A DNA stretch of 64,000 nucleotides from Chrysomallon squamiferum (Eukaryota > Animalia > Mollusca), in contig CM022670.1 in NCBI GenBank assembly GCA_012295275.1, forward strand, positions 10,664,001 through 10,728,000, given 5' to 3'. This document shows positions 1 through 18,545 of the stretch, one piece after another. The position numbers and the translations under genes were made by a program. The notes under the pieces were generated by a model that saw only the letters and a list, made by a program, of their open reading frames with translations, searched no databases and had not been told where the DNA came from. Position 1 is the first letter of the stretch; each line of letters opens with the position of its first letter.

Positions 1-395
1 ACTGGTGTAATTGGTAAGACTTTTCAACTGTTCAAACAATAAAAATTTTGTTATGTGTAAAACAACAGCTGGAATATAAGATGAAACCAGCAAAAAATGA
101 TATTGCCAAAATAACGAAATATTCTTTTTAAGGTCAGTTTTCATCATTAAAATTATATTAGATAGTAAAAAGATCATAACAATTAATCATTATTAGCTTT
201 TAAATATCTTTTTTTGGCATAATCAAATGTTATTCTTATTTGTTAATAGCACTGGGCTCTGCTTCTGAGGAAAATAACTGAGTTTTGTGAGGATCATGAT
301 TATATAACAATTTTTTGTTTTTAATAAAACAGAATGGACAATGATTCCTAATAAATGAACCATATGCAGTTCTTAAAAAAATATAAATATCTCAC

Positions 396-4068
<3,673 letters not shown>

Positions 4069-6597
4069 TTAATTAATCAAAGAGTAACAAGGGTAAAGGG
4101 ATCATACTCTGAAAATTAATTAATTAACTTTTTAATATTATCACTATAATTATGCATCTCCAAACAAATCAGCCAAGAAAAATAACTGTGAAAGTGAATA
4201 TTTAATTATATATTAAACTTCACGTTTTGATTTACTAAATTCCTAGACAAATTCCATTATATTTATTTTCCTGAGGTATTTAATTAGGTACACAGCAAAA
4301 TTGCACTTTTTGCCATTACCAAGTTTTCTAAATCCATGCTGGTTTTTGCACCCAGCTGAGATGTATCATGACCTGAACTAGTGTTGTATTCATCCATTTT
4401 TAAAATTACTGGAATAAAAACCTTTTCAGTACACTTATTTTTCTATTGCTTCATTTTGGAATTTTTCTTTTTGCTGTTTTAGAAGTATTATTTATTTTCT
4501 GACAAAACCTACCTCCACATGATCATCCTGATGAAGAACAAAAGGTAAGAACTGGCATATTCAAAAACTAGTCTTATCCTGCAGATCAGGCAATTTACCT
4601 TCATTTATGCAAAATATTATCAAAATCTAGCACTTGCCAAAGCTGTTCTGGATTCAGGCAAAATCATCCTATTTGTCAGAATGGATCGTGAATAAACCTT
4701 TATGGCCTCGTGTTAAATCACGTGATCAAAGACTGCCATTTGATTGGATGTTTATGTTTATTCTGCATATTAAATGTTTATAATAATATTTATACAAAAT
4801 TAATTACCTATAAAATTAGAAAAGATTTAATTTCATATTAAACTGAAAATCTCATAGTTATTTTGCTTTTTAAGGAAAATATGACTTTTATGAGAATTTA
4901 ACAGCTTCAATAAAATAGGTATGGCAGACAGTTATAGTTCAGCCAACCACTGTACAAAATGTCAAAAATCACTGGGGTTTTTACTTTGTTTTTCTGTGAA
5001 AATAAAGATAAATATTTTTTCTTGAATTGAGTGTTGTCTGATTGATCATGAGTTATTTACTCAATTTGTAACCTGCATTTGAAAAACATGACATTTTAAA
5101 CATTCCCAGCAGTGCACATGCTTGACAGAGAAAACCACACCCCATCTTGCGTGGTGGCAGACTTTGACTGCTAACTGTTGGTAAGCTAATAAAATCAGCT
5201 TTCAATTTATATGTAGCAAGACAGGAATAAAAAAAACCACAACATTGTTTTTCTTTAAAAATCAGCTTCAAACTCAAACAATGATATACTGCAATGAATT
5301 TACACCTAACTCTTGTATGATTCTAAAGCTTGTTTAGTTTCCTTTTGAATGACATCGTAAACTAAGCATAATGTTCACTGGGGCAGCAGCTGCTTCCCAT
5401 ATAACTGGCTTCCCATGAAAAAGGTGTCAACTGCACATTAGTTTATTGGCTAATTCTAGCTCTGTTCTTGATTGAATCTGGCATCCTCTTGGTAAGTCAG
5501 TGAATACAATATTTTAATTTATATTTCTTATAAACTTATTTAAAAATTGTTTTAATTTTATTTATTTTATAATCATTTTTTTAAATATATACGAACTTAG
5601 CAAATCTAAGTGATCCGATTCATTTAAAAATAAAGAACTTTCTTTTGCTTTTTACTGCGGAAACAGACTGTGAAATCAACGACGGCATTTATAGTCTTAT
5701 ACATTTGTCTTTTATTTTGTTTAGGAATAAAAAAATATGTTTTATATTCTAAAATAGTTTGTGCTATTTAGCTTTTGAACTTCAGGCAGGTTTCTAGTGA
5801 TCTCTCCATGGGAAAAGTTGTGGAAGTTAGGTTTGAGTGATACTTGAAAATCAGCCTACAGCTTCTATTTCTTGCCTCACTTTTAATGTTTGTTACCAAA
5901 ACAAACTGTTTTGTTTTAATTCAAAAGATTCAAGTCATAAAAAGAAAGTCAAGAATTATCATGTCCAGCAAGAAAATGTAGATGTGTCCACAATGTGTGT
6001 CCTAAAGGTAACTGACGATGACATTTAGTTAATGGAGGAAGAACTGCTTTAACTAGTATTAGTTGTCTCAACAGAATAATATTAATAATAAAGTAAAAAT
6101 GTCAATAACATTAACAAGTACATCTGACTCACAATAAATGCTTTGAATCTAATTCTTCGCAACACATTCTAACAAATCACAAGTGTATACTATATGTGAG
6201 TTAGATAAAAACATATTTTTGGATGTGAAATTATTATAATTGTTAGTTCAACAAATGCAGGCTGCTAGCTTGTACTAGAGTTGCATTACTTGTGGCTGAA
6301 AATAGCTCATGTCACGTTTCCTGATGCTGTTGCAAAGCCCAATATTCACAATTATAATTAATTTATCTTTAAAACGAAATCTAGATTTAACAATATCATA
6401 AAAACATTAAATTTTACTTTCAGGATAGCACTGTGAATGATTATTGTGATTCTATTTCTCTAGAGCCTCGAGTTCTCAGTTCTGAGGCTGAAGGGTGTCA
6501 CCCATACTATAGTTATATTCCAGACTCCTAATACAAATATTTACAGAAATATTGAAAGAATACACAAATACATAAAACAAAATACTTTAACTGTTAC

Positions 6598-6870
6598 CTT
6601 CTTCTACATTCCTTAATAAAAAGTATAACACCATTAAATAGACGTAAATATTAATTTGTCAAATGTATTTTCCTTTAAGTTTAACTTCCGCTTTAAGATC
6701 AAGGGACATTACTACAGCCTTACTATTATTATTTTTTTTTTAAATGACTCATTCTTCCAAGCAATATTAATGTTCGCATATTTTCGGCGAAATTCGGCCA
6801 ATTCCGAGTACGTACGTTCTGAATAAAAAGAACGTGATAGCGTTTAGCTCTATTCAAGATGATGAAACGA
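6598..6870 (-). promoter_or_regulatory. Probable CYFIP promoter / non-coding first exon
   Basis: The ATG exon has an acceptor at 4045-4047, so an upstream exon is required. Candidate donor AAG|GTAACA at 6598/6597, followed by a local CpG cluster and an ETS-like ACTTCCG near 6684-6690. Confidence 0.4.
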
Positions 6871-8360
6871 TGTTATGTTATTACAGGTTCTTATTATTTT
6901 TATCCTCTGCCCGTTTTCATTCCAGTACATTGATATCAGAATCATTTAATTCATTAAATAATAAATAATCATCATTATTAAAATTTACTTTGGCAAATTA
7001 CCATTTAAATATATATTTGTTTGGGGGGGATTAAAACATATTTCAGTATAAAATTAGATTAATAACTGAATAAGTTTTTTTCAGTTTTAACATTTATCTT
7101 GAAATTATACTGTATCAGTTGGCAATACAAAAAGTAATTAAAAAGAATCATGAAATTAACATGAATTGCCTATTTATTTTTCAAAATTTTATTGTCAAAC
7201 ATTAGCTATGGTTTAAACAATATTTATTATTATGTTCTTGTTTTTTTTACACCATATCTATCTATCTTTATATATTCATTTTTCTGGTGTTGGATATTTA
7301 TTTTTGTTTCATTTACTATGTATACTATCAAAAACAGAAATTAAAACTACAAGAAGAACAGGAATCTTTCATTATATTTTATTATTTATATTCAAGTTAG
7401 TACATATTCAAACAATTAAATCTAAAAATGATGTCTGTACAAAAAACAACAAATGCATCACCATCATGAATGCCAACATTAGATCCTTACAAAAATGACA
7501 ATATTCTATCAAAAACAGAAGTATTTGCAAGTGCTGTATGAAATCATCTTTTGAAGATGTTTTTAAATATCAATAAAATATAATAGTAATAACAATAAGT
7601 CAGTGTAGTCATTAAAATGATTACAAAAAAAAATATTTCTCAAACTTACTTTTGAAAACATTTCCATTGTCAATGTCCATTTTAAAAGACAATACCAGTA
7701 ACTGAATCCCTCCTTTCTAAACCGATTTAATACTCCAGAATTTAAAATTTATATTATTTAATATAAATACTATTATATGTTCCATAAAGAATCCCTTTCA
7801 TAAACTCTATATTTTTCACACTGCATTTAAGGAATCCAGCAAAATAAAAATAAAAATTGTTTGGCTAAAATATTTACTCTGTTAGAATTTAAAAGATATG
7901 ATGCAGATAGAGCTTTACAGTATAATCCTTTTCTTTCGGCAATTATTTCATCATCCCAATTTTGTATTATAAAGAAGAATTCTTGTGGAATAAAGATATA
8001 GTTTTTTTAATTAAACTATAAATATTATTACAGAGTAAACAAAAAACAAAAAAATCTGAAATGTTATTAATGTACAGAGGTAAAAAATAATTTCTTTTCT
8101 TTGTTTTTAATTATTTGAACTGAGAGAACAACATATATTTCACTAACAGCTGTTCTTGAAAACACATTGACTGATGAAATGTTTTACAAGTGGAGATCTT
8201 TTCCTTTACTTTTTTTTCTTTTTCTTATGGCCATCCTTTGTGTTGTAACAGTGTAAAAGATGAAACTGGTTCATTAAATAATCACACAGCACTATTATCT
8301 TCATAAGATGACATTCTTAACAAAGTCACTTTGAATACATTTATCTCTTTGTTTTCAAAT

Positions 8361-9263
8361 TTATTTTTTCCTGTCAAAAGGATCTGTCCATACTTTCATA
8401 CCTGAAAAATAAACAAACAAAAATAAATAAACAAGCTAGCAAGTAAACAAAATAATGATGTTACTGATAAATATAAAATAAAATGAATTACGATATTCAT
8501 GACTATTTTAACTACTCTTCAGCAAATCATTTCTTCATTTCTTCACAATGTTTTAAAATAATTTAATAAACCTAATAATCCAAAATATTATATAACCAGA
8601 AACTTTCAGCATATTTTGCTTTTGTGGCATGTTATCATCCTAAACAATTTAAACCTTATAACTGTTTCATAAAAACCAAATGGCAACTGTTAATAGTTTC
8701 TGTCGATAAACAAAATAATATCTGTAATTCAGTTATTTCCAGCGGCCAAAGTAATGAGACAGAATACCATAATTATACTTGAAGTAGATTACATACTGCA
8801 TATTATTTATAAATATCTGAATAAACAATTTTGGTGTTGCTATAAAAGTGCATCACTTGATTGTTAAACTGACATGAAATGAAAAGAAAACAGTGCAATG
8901 TTTTACTCAAAGCTATTAATCCTAAGGGGTGGAGGGAATCGAAACTGAAAAATCACAAAAAATATGAAGGAAAATAACCTCACACTGTTGTCACTTGCTG
9001 AACAATGATGATTTAAGAAAATGAAATGAACAAGGCATTGGATGTTTTCACTATGTATCTTCAGATAAAAATTGTCTTAAAAAGTAAAATGTAGTCAAGA
9101 ATTAATTAAATTCTTAGACTGTATTCAAGACCTATTTATTTCTTAATTTTTAAATGAATACCTCCTGGTTGAATTTTCTCACGATCTATTCCTTGCCTAG
9201 TAACTGATTGCATGTCTTCTGCAAAAGAAAAATAAATATCCAAATGTTTTTTTATTTCTGTTA

Positions 9264-9322
<59 letters not shown>

Positions 9323-10101
9323 TAGTTACATGAAATTAATTATACCTTAATAATTAATACACATGCCAGTATCATGAGTATGTGCATTTCTGAGACATAT
9401 CTGCATAATATTATTCAGTTTTAGTTTTTTCTCTTTTTCTTCTGCACTGAAGTAATTAAATGTTTCACAAAATTAAATAATGTTCTCTACTAACATCATT
9501 CTGACTGGCCGTATTCAAATGGTATTTATTTATATATAACAAGTATGGCCCTATGGGTTAATGTTTTTATAACACAAATAATAAATTCATAATAAATAAT
9601 TTTAAATATATTATATTTAAATTCACACGTCTCATATTTAAAAATAACAATCGTTAAAAAGTGCTAAACAGCTTAAAACATAAACAATAATAATAATTAT
9701 AATAATAAAAATAAAAAAAAACATATTCGACCTCTACCTTACATCACCCATATGACATCAACTGATCAAGGTCTTTTTTAAATTTTAGCTGATGTCATGT
9801 TTTTCAAACAAGACAACATTGAGCATCGTTAAATTATGAACATATATGTGCATTTATGTCTTATTTAATAACTGTGCTTTTTTTTTTTTCATTCATTTCT
9901 TTATCTTTAGTATTTACTAGCAATCGTGAAAATGGACTTGGTTGCGACAAATTATTTCGACTGTGTTAGAAATGTTTACTTACGCCAACCCTTTGGATTA
10001 AAATACGGCTGTACAATAATAGGATATAATGCACCAACAATACTAATTACTAAACCAGCCAGCAAAAAGGATGATTTATGCTTCTTCCACACGTTGGACA
10101 T
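8361..10101 (-). CDS. SMIM20: SMIM20 / MITRAC7 / phoenixin precursor homolog, 71 aa, 3 exons
   Basis: Exons 10101-9984, 9218-9162, 8401-8361 (216 nt, GT-AG) give MSNVWKKHKSSFLLAGLVISIVGALYPIIVQPYFNPKGWQDMQSVTRQGIDREKIQPGGMKVWTDPFDRKK*. The TM segment with GALYPI and the C-terminal QPGGMKVWTDPF match human SMIM20 (GAAFYPIYFRP...QPPGLKVWSDPFGRK). Confidence 0.93.
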
Positions 10102-11737
10102 CTCTGAAATCGAAAATTACTGCTGTCAAAAGGAAATAGTCTACAGTCAATGCTTATGCACATGCGCCATCAGCCACAAACAATGCATTCGAAGAATCTT
10201 CGGTTATTATCGGACATTTGGTTTACGGACATTATCGAAGTATTCCGAATAATATTGAAGATTCAAAATCACAAATTTTGTTTCAGATGTAGTTTCTTTT
10301 ATTCCATATTTATGTTTAGGAAATATAATCAAACTATTTAAACAATAAAATATGGTTTTAAATCATTTGCAGTGCAATAATTTTACAAAATATATTGATA
10401 TAACTGCTGCTAATCATACTTACTTGAGGTTTGTCTTAATAAATACATAACAATGATCGTAAACCTTTCATTGTTTTAGCCAAAACATTGATGCAAATAA
10501 GAAAGTTAAACTAGAATTGTGGTGCTGAAAATGCTTTATTTATGTATTTATTTATTTATATAGAAATTTAAAATATTAAGTAATCATTGTATCTAAATAA
10601 GATGTATTTTGAGAACAGCACTAAACAACAACAAAATAACCAGAAAATCAAACCTTTTTATGTTTTGTAATGATAAAGTGAGGATCCATTTTTGTTTATT
10701 ATTCTTCTTCCTTATAAATTATTATCGTTGTTGCTGTTGTTGTTGCTGCAGCTGCTGCTGCTGCGGCTTCTGATTTGTGTTACATTCTTTAACAACTTAT
10801 AGCGACCTTGACCTCTACTTGAAAGAGAGGCCGGGAAACGAAAAATGTTTTCAGATTTTATCACGTTGGTATATATTATATGAATTATCTAAACACGAAT
10901 TATAAATCAAAGAAACAAAATCTAGCCAGTGATTCGAATCATAAAAGAAATGTAAAGAATAATTATATGGTTGGAAGATAATTATATTGTGAACAGCAAT
11001 AGTAATTTAGGAATAGTTCGAATAATTGTGCCAGGTATTTATGAGCTTTTAATCATTAATGATTAAAAAAACAAAAAAGAAAAAAACAATTAGCAATTAT
11101 TATTATTATTATTACTATTATTATTATTTAAAGACGTATTTGATTAAAGCATATCTAAGATAATGTGATATTTTCTTCTTGTTGTTTTCTATTTCCTTGT
11201 AAATTCTCATTTTTAAATATTTAAATTAAAGTTATCTATGGCTGGATTTTACTAGTAAATATGAAGTATTTCATCATATGATTAAAAATTCATAACTTAA
11301 TAGCTTACATAAAATGGCTTGTTTTTCACATTCAATACGAAGTTAAGCCTAAGGTTGCGTTATTTGGTAGCATTAATTAATTTATTCTTTTTAATATTGA
11401 AAATCCATTTATACTGATATCACAGAATATCAGTTATAGAAGTTTCAATATATGACATGAGTAACTTTCCAGGCGGACATGCCAATTAATAGTTTTATTC
11501 GATTAGAAGTGAATATATTTCCGGTTGCCGTATCCTATTTTCACGTTAACCATTTTGGGGCTGTGAACACACTATAAGCTTTATTTTAACATAGTGCTCG
11601 GACTCATACGAAATACCGTATGAAATTTCTTACTTCATGAAACTTTAGTTGATTACGGAAAAGGTTTATAGACAGAGAAATGTGAAATCTACAAATTCCT
11701 ACGTCATAGCGAAAGATACAATTTAATTCAAGAAATG

Positions 11738-11768
<31 letters not shown>

Positions 11769-12856
11769 ATAAGCCACGTCCATTTAATTAATTTATTTGT
11801 TAATGTTGCTATTATGGTTACATATTACACATTACTCTGTTGTTTTCCTTTTCTGTTTTGTTTCTTTATTTGCCTCTCTCTATATATTTTTACTTTTTAA
11901 AAAAAATGTATTATTCTTTACAAATTTATATTTGAATTTGTTATTAATAATTACTTACTTGCATCATATACATGTGATAATTATGCACATCATAGAGTTT
12001 ATATATATATTCTGCTTTCGAGACTGGTACGTAGATAATCGTGTAACTCTTTAAAAAAATATTAACCTATCTTATTTTTATTCATATTCATATTATTATT
12101 TTGGTTTTCAAAACGAATTAAATTAATCGTTTCATTTTCACACACACACACACACACACACACACGTGGCCTTCGCCTTAATTAGTTAATATTAAACGAC
12201 GTTTTATCTAATTCGGTCAAGGACGTTTCCTCATACATAGAGAAAAAATATCTCTTTCTCACTTTTGTATATATTTATATATTGTTTATTTTTAATAGCA
12301 TTTATGCTCTGCTGAAACCACATATTAATTTTAAAGTTTTGAAGGTTTTTTTTTTTTTTTTTTTTTTTTTTATCCGCAAAAATAAAATAAATTTTATTTT
12401 TATAATTTTGTTTTGTTTGCAACGAATAATTTTTTTATTATTATTATTGTAATTATAATTTAATTTGTTTACTAATTTTGAAACAAATTATTAAATAATG
12501 ATAACACTTTATTCGAAACATTAAACAAAAATGTAGCAAAAATTTGTTTAACGCAGAAGTATCCTTTCAAACGTAATAGATTTATGTATATCTACGCATG
12601 GTACAAATGAACTACGAAACTATTTGAGTATGAGATTTAAAAAAAGAATTGTAACCAATATTGTTATTGTTGAATTTTGCTTTAAGCCAAAATACCAAAA
12701 CTTAAGACAGATCACATTCTTCTAATTAATATGTCAAGGTACTATTTTGTTTAACGCGCACACATATTTAGGTTTAGAGCAGTTGTTAGTTTCAATCAAT
12801 GGACGTCTGGAAAGTGGCAGTGGTTTGTGTACCAATTTATTTTGTTGTGAATGAAG
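10102..12856. promoter_or_regulatory. Divergent intergenic/promoter region between SMIM20 and PP2C, with a candidate non-coding PP2C first exon ending at 12856
   Basis: Head-to-head genes; CpG is visibly more frequent than in the flanking introns. Donor AAG|GTAAAT at 12856/12857; acceptor TTTTTTAG ends at 14038, just before the PP2C ATG. Confidence 0.45.
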
Positions 12857-14048
12857 GTAAATTTAATGAGCTTGCCGTTTCCCATAAATGCTTGACAAAT
12901 GGTGTATATTTAAAATCTGTATTTTATGGATTATTATAAACATAGTCCATGCAGCAACGAAATTATCCACTTTAATAAAGTGACAGACAACAGCAGTTCA
13001 AACATTTTAAAAATAAAATAAAATACGCCTAAATCGTAAACTTTAGTATGATGAGATCCAGAAAATTGACTTTAATCTTGACAATAATTGTCTCGTTGGT
13101 AGGCATTTAATAATTGTTAAATGCGAAAGGTTATTTTTTTCTTTTAATTATTATTTTTATTTTATTTTTAGAGCAGATCCATATCATTTTGAGTGTAAAT
13201 ACCTTTTGCTGCTTCACCCCAAAGCATTCCCTTACTCAGGTTACTGTTTACAAAATTAATGGCAAAACTTGGCAACTTAACAAGTAATATAAAATTTAAA
13301 ACATGCCAAAGACATTTGTAAGCAGAGTAATTATGTTTAAATTATAAAATAATCTTGTACTGTGCTGTATCAGTAATCCTCCCACTAAAAACAGAAATGC
13401 TTAAAATTATTTTCATTCAAATTATTGTAATACTATACAGTTAAAATATGAAAAAAGATGTGTAATTTAATGTTCCTGCTGTCAAGAGTATTCCCACCCC
13501 TTGAAACAACAAATAAATTTCTGTCAAATGCATTATGGATGTAATCAGCAAAAGAAAAAGAAAAAAAAAATCTCTTTCATTATTGTATATATGGTGCAGT
13601 ATGACTGTAAATAAATATTCTGAGCAATAAATTATAAATACATCATTTCATATGCCATGACCTTTAGACTTTAGAGTATGAATGTGTCAGCATTATAAAA
13701 CAGTTGCAACATTTAAAAGTGGACAGAACTTCAAAAACAATACATATTTCCCTGAATAGTAAATGTGCATTTGAAATACATATAGAGATACAGGTGTATG
13801 ACATAGAAATGATCAGTATTAGCTTTTTATAAATGATACATTTTTACATTATTTTTTCTCTTCTCTTCCACCCAGAAGAATCCTATTTTAAGAATGTATA
13901 ACACAGTAATTATTTTTAACATGTACAATAACATATACTTTTCACAAATTGTTTATTTTTTTTTAAAATAAAAAGCTACTTTATATGTGGTTTTTATACC
14001 ATACATTGCTTTAATGGATTTTATTTTATATTTTTTAGCCTTTCAATA

Positions 14049-14220
14049 ATGGGTCAAACTCTGTCTGAGCCTGTAACAACAAAGGAGACATCCAAATGTG
14101 AAAATTGTTTTGTCAAAGTTGGTTCATCCTGCATGCAAGGATGGAGAATCAGTATCCTTTGTGTTGTGTATAATATTGCTAATTTTACATTCATCTTTCT
14201 TTTCTTTTCTTTTTTTATTA

Positions 14221-14258
<38 letters not shown>

Positions 14259-17200
14259 TTGTTTATTGGAATGAATGAATGAATATTACTTCAATACAGC
14301 TGTTTGTTACAATTATTAGATACCAGATATTATTTTTGGTAATGACAACTGAGAAAAAGAAATCATCTGTTGACTGAAACGGTGAAACTAATATCACTTT
14401 TGGTGTATAAATAAATACGTGATATTGATGGCAGAGAGATGTTTGAAGATTTAAACAAATAAAGTGTATCAAAATAATCTGATTGTTACATTTATAAGAT
14501 TAAGAAAACATATTTTTTTCTTATTGTTTTCTCATCTTTAATGCATGTATATTCTTGAAAGAACGTATAACCTTAGTAAAAATTATAACGTAATTAGCTT
14601 ATAACACTGCTATGGCTATGTAGGACCATTCATAGCACTTGATAAAACACTGGCCTGATATTTTACTTTTCTAAGGTAAATCCCTGTCAATGGCATTGAA
14701 CCATTTCCAGCCAAACACATTACATCTGGTATATCTAACACTCAATGCATTACATAGCAGTCTGACAGTGTTCTTTGAAGACTATATGTCATAAATATCA
14801 CAGATAATATTTCACATCAGGTGATAAAATGTCTGTGCATTTCATTGCATTATCCTAAAGAATCATGTATTTTAATTCATTTATTTTCTGTGTTAATTAT
14901 GGAATGTGTCAGCCTGCAAATATAATTAATTGTGTAAATGATTATAAGAGAAATGACTTTTTAAGTTCACAGTTGGACATTTTATTGCTTTATCAAGTTC
15001 TTTAACTTTCAAAGACATGGAAGATGCTCACACACATTTGCTGTCTCTTGCTGGTGACAAAGATGCCTGTTTCTTTGGTGTATTTGATGGTCATGGTGGT
15101 AAGTAGATATCATGTTGAAATATGTATATTAACTTATATGACTAGATATTTTGTTAGTATGTTATCAGTTCACTATTATTATCTGGAATGTTAATTTTCA
15201 ACAGAAGTAAATGGAAATATTTAATCAAGTTTTAACAATCTGTTGGACCTCTGTTGTTGCACAAATTACCATTCTGTTATTGTTTAATGTCAGATCAGTT
15301 TATTTAAATAATACAATAAATCAGTTATATCATGTTTAGACTTTAGAATCCTTTTTGTTTAGATAACATTGGTTTTAAATTAAAAAAACCTGCATTTTAT
15401 TTTAAAATGAAAACTTGATTTTCAGGAGTGAAAGTTGCCCAATATGCAAGTATAAATTTGCATAAAAAGATACTGTCACAGACATCATATGGTAAGAATA
15501 AACAAAAAATTTTTTCCTGTTTATAAACAGGAAAGAATATTTTTCTGTCTATTTTGTTCATGGTTAATCTTGATTGTTACAACTCAAAAAACTCTTTGTT
15601 TTACAAGATTACCTTAAATTTATTTAAATATTTCTTTAATCCAAGAAGGAAAATACTTTTATTACAGAGGTTTTAGCAAGATATTTGAAATATGGAAATT
15701 ATTTTTATGATTTAAACAAACAATGTTTATATCCATTTCTAATAATTTTGTGTACAGCTCATGGCAACATTGTTGATGCAATGATTTCTGGATTCCTTGC
15801 TTTGGATGAAGAAATGCAGAAAGGTACTTTTGATAATTTTTATTTTTGTTACAGTAGTTTCTAAAATCAGTATGCATGTCAATACAGAAAATACTGAATT
15901 AACATCTGTCAAGTGCAGACATGTAACTTGCTTGCATTAATGCATACTGCTGTTAATTAGATAAAACTTTTGCATAATGATAATCATTTACATTGTTTTT
16001 TTTCACAGATGATACAATGAAAGATGAACTTGCTGGAACAACAGCTGTTGTTGTTTTGTTAAAAAATAACAGGATTTACTGTGTATGTAGAAACATTCTT
16101 TGAATATTATACATTTTTACTTTTTAAAGTTTTTTTGTTCTGTTTTTAAAGGATATTTATTTTAAATTAAGATATGTGCCAAATTTATGGTATTATTTTA
16201 TAGTTTGTAACTTCAAATACTTTGGAAAAGGCAAATCACTTCATTTTAATAAAGAAGTATATCTTTTTTTACCTCGTAATTAATATAATTTTTTTTTTAA
16301 ATAGTTGGCATAAAATGCAGATTACTATTGCTAGTAATGGGGAAACCTGTTTCTCTGCTGCATTTTGTTAATTAAAATTAAATTAATGATAAATGTTAAT
16401 TTAATTTGTCAGTGAAAGGATGGTGTTATCTCGTCTTCTGTATTTTATCTAAATGCTTTGCAGGTACTGTAAATAAAAATATACTTATTGTGTTGGTAGT
16501 GTGAGTTATAACTTTATTCTTTCAGAAACTCTGCCTAACACAGATAACAAAACATTTTTTTTAAGTGTTCAATCATTAAGTTCACAACAGCTTGCACCAG
16601 TAGTCATTTTAAACGTGGAACATACCCTAATTTATTTAGTTCACTTAAAACATTACATTTCTTTCATTGAGAAACTTACTATTTTTATCAGCTTCGATTT
16701 TTTTTTTTTACTTTTTTATGAAAGATTTATTTTGTTTTAAATCACAGTTTTGATATCTAATTACTGCTAATATTAACATGTTTTCAATCAGTGCCCCCTT
16801 CCCATCCAACTAGTTTATGAAAAAGGCCTTTTCCTTGAAAAAAGATATCTTAGTTTATTTGTTTATGTTATCTCATAACCTGCTAGTAATAACATGTTTT
16901 TAGTCATTAGTGATTCCATTTTTCACTCTTTTTACAGGCAAATGTGGGTGACTCGAGAGCTATAGCAAGTGTAGCTGGTGAAGTGGAACAGCTGTCCTTC
17001 GATCACAAGCCCAGCAATGAACTGGAGACACGGAGAATCATTGCTGCAGGAGGCTGGGTTGAGTTCAACAGAGTTAATGGTATTGCATTACCATGTAACC
17101 ATGTATTTTTATAAATTGTTTTTTTATATTTTTTGTTTGTATTTAATACTTTATCAGTACTTGAGATTTTCACTTTAATAAACTGAAGTTACAAAGATTT

Positions 17201-18545
17201 TTATTTACATGAATTTAATACTAAACTTTTATTTTTATATTTTCATAAACAAGGTAATTTGGCCTTATCCAGGGCACTAGGTGACTTTGTATTTAAGAAG
17301 AACGACAAAAAAAGGGCAGAGGAACAGATTGTTACAGGTATTTAATGAAATCATTAACAAAAAAATATTATTGAAATATCTGCAAGAATAACAGCAAAAG
17401 GAACTTGTTTATAACCATGATACTCTGATTAACTAAACTGTTTATAGCACAGAATCTAATTAAAAATATATATCATGTTAGTAATAAATGTAATTTAAAA
17501 ATACCCAAGACACTATTTTTGAGCACAAAAATCTTAAAAGGCTGTTACTTGAATGAGATAATAAAGAATTCTTTTAAATTAATTTGTTTTGTTTTTTCAT
17601 TTATTTTCTATTATTGTAACATAAATATACCATACAGTTTGATGAAGCATTAAAAATAATGTTTTTGCATTTGTATAGCTGCACCTGATGTCATAGAGAA
17701 ACCAATTAGGCCTGATCATGAATTTCTAGTACTTGCCTGTGATGGAATTTGGGATGTCTTAACCAACCAAGAAGTCATTGATTTCGTCCGAGGCCGGATA
17801 GCTCAACGAATGGAACCAGATGTTGTAAGAAAAACTGATACAGTTTACATGTTTTTAAATCTGCTATTAGTAATGGTTTGTGTAGTGACATACACATTTT
17901 ACAAGTGTTAGGTTATTTAATTTTGAAATAATAACATCAAAGAGTAAAGCTTTTTCTTATATTAGACTACTACTAATTTCAAGCAGATTTTTTCATATAC
18001 CTAAAATGCATATATTATGACTTTGGTACACCTGTTTTGATATACTGGTTGGAACATTGTTGAAATATCATTGCAAATAATTATTTCAAAAGAGAAAAAA
18101 GCATAATGGTATTCTTTTGGGGTTTTTTGGAGGGGCACGGTTTTATTTATTTAGAACTTTGTGAAACACTATTCCTTATATATAGATAAACGTCTTCAAG
18201 TATACATAAACAAATAAGTTTACATACATATTTGTTTAAATTAATGAGTGCCAGTGATTGAAAAATTATCTGAATTTCATTCATTTCAACTTTCTCATTG
18301 ATTTCAAAAAAAAAAAAAAAAAAAATGGACTTGCTCTTTTTAAACAGATTTGTGAAGAACTGATGACGAGATGTCTGGCACCAGACTGCCAGATGGGTGG
18401 ACTAGGATGTGACAATATGACTGTTGTGTTGGTGTGTTTTCTCCGTGGTGGTTCATATGATGAGTTGGTAAAGAAGTGTAACTCGCCCAGCAGGCGTGGA
18501 CCTGCACCGCACTTAAGAGACTCAAACAATTGTGATCTGAAATAG
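14049..18545 (+). CDS. Protein phosphatase 2C (PPM family; MGQTLSEP / yeast Ptc2-Ptc3 / C. elegans T23F11.1-like), 320 aa, 9 coding exons
   Basis: Exons 14049-14151, 15015-15098, 15426-15491, 15758-15823, 16009-16082, 16938-17079, 17254-17337, 17679-17824, 18348-18545 (963 nt, in frame). Motifs: [68 protein letters not shown]-terminal MGQTLS fits a myristoylation signal. Confidence 0.96.
14152..15014 (+). other. U12-type (minor spliceosome) GT-AG intron in the PP2C gene
   Basis: 5' splice site GTATCCTTT at 14152; branch-like TTCTTTAAC at 14998-15006, 8 nt before the AAG| acceptor; no polypyrimidine tract. Splicing restores GWRI-N-MEDAH. Confidence 0.9.

Noticed and set aside
1-30. Next CYFIP exon (minus strand reads LKSLTNYTS)
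   Set aside because: The expected ATRYNY is not present; likely a coincidental intronic match.
12559-12567. Second GTATCCTTT U12-type donor
   Set aside because: No convincing partner branch site or acceptor; roughly one chance hit is expected in a window of this size and composition.
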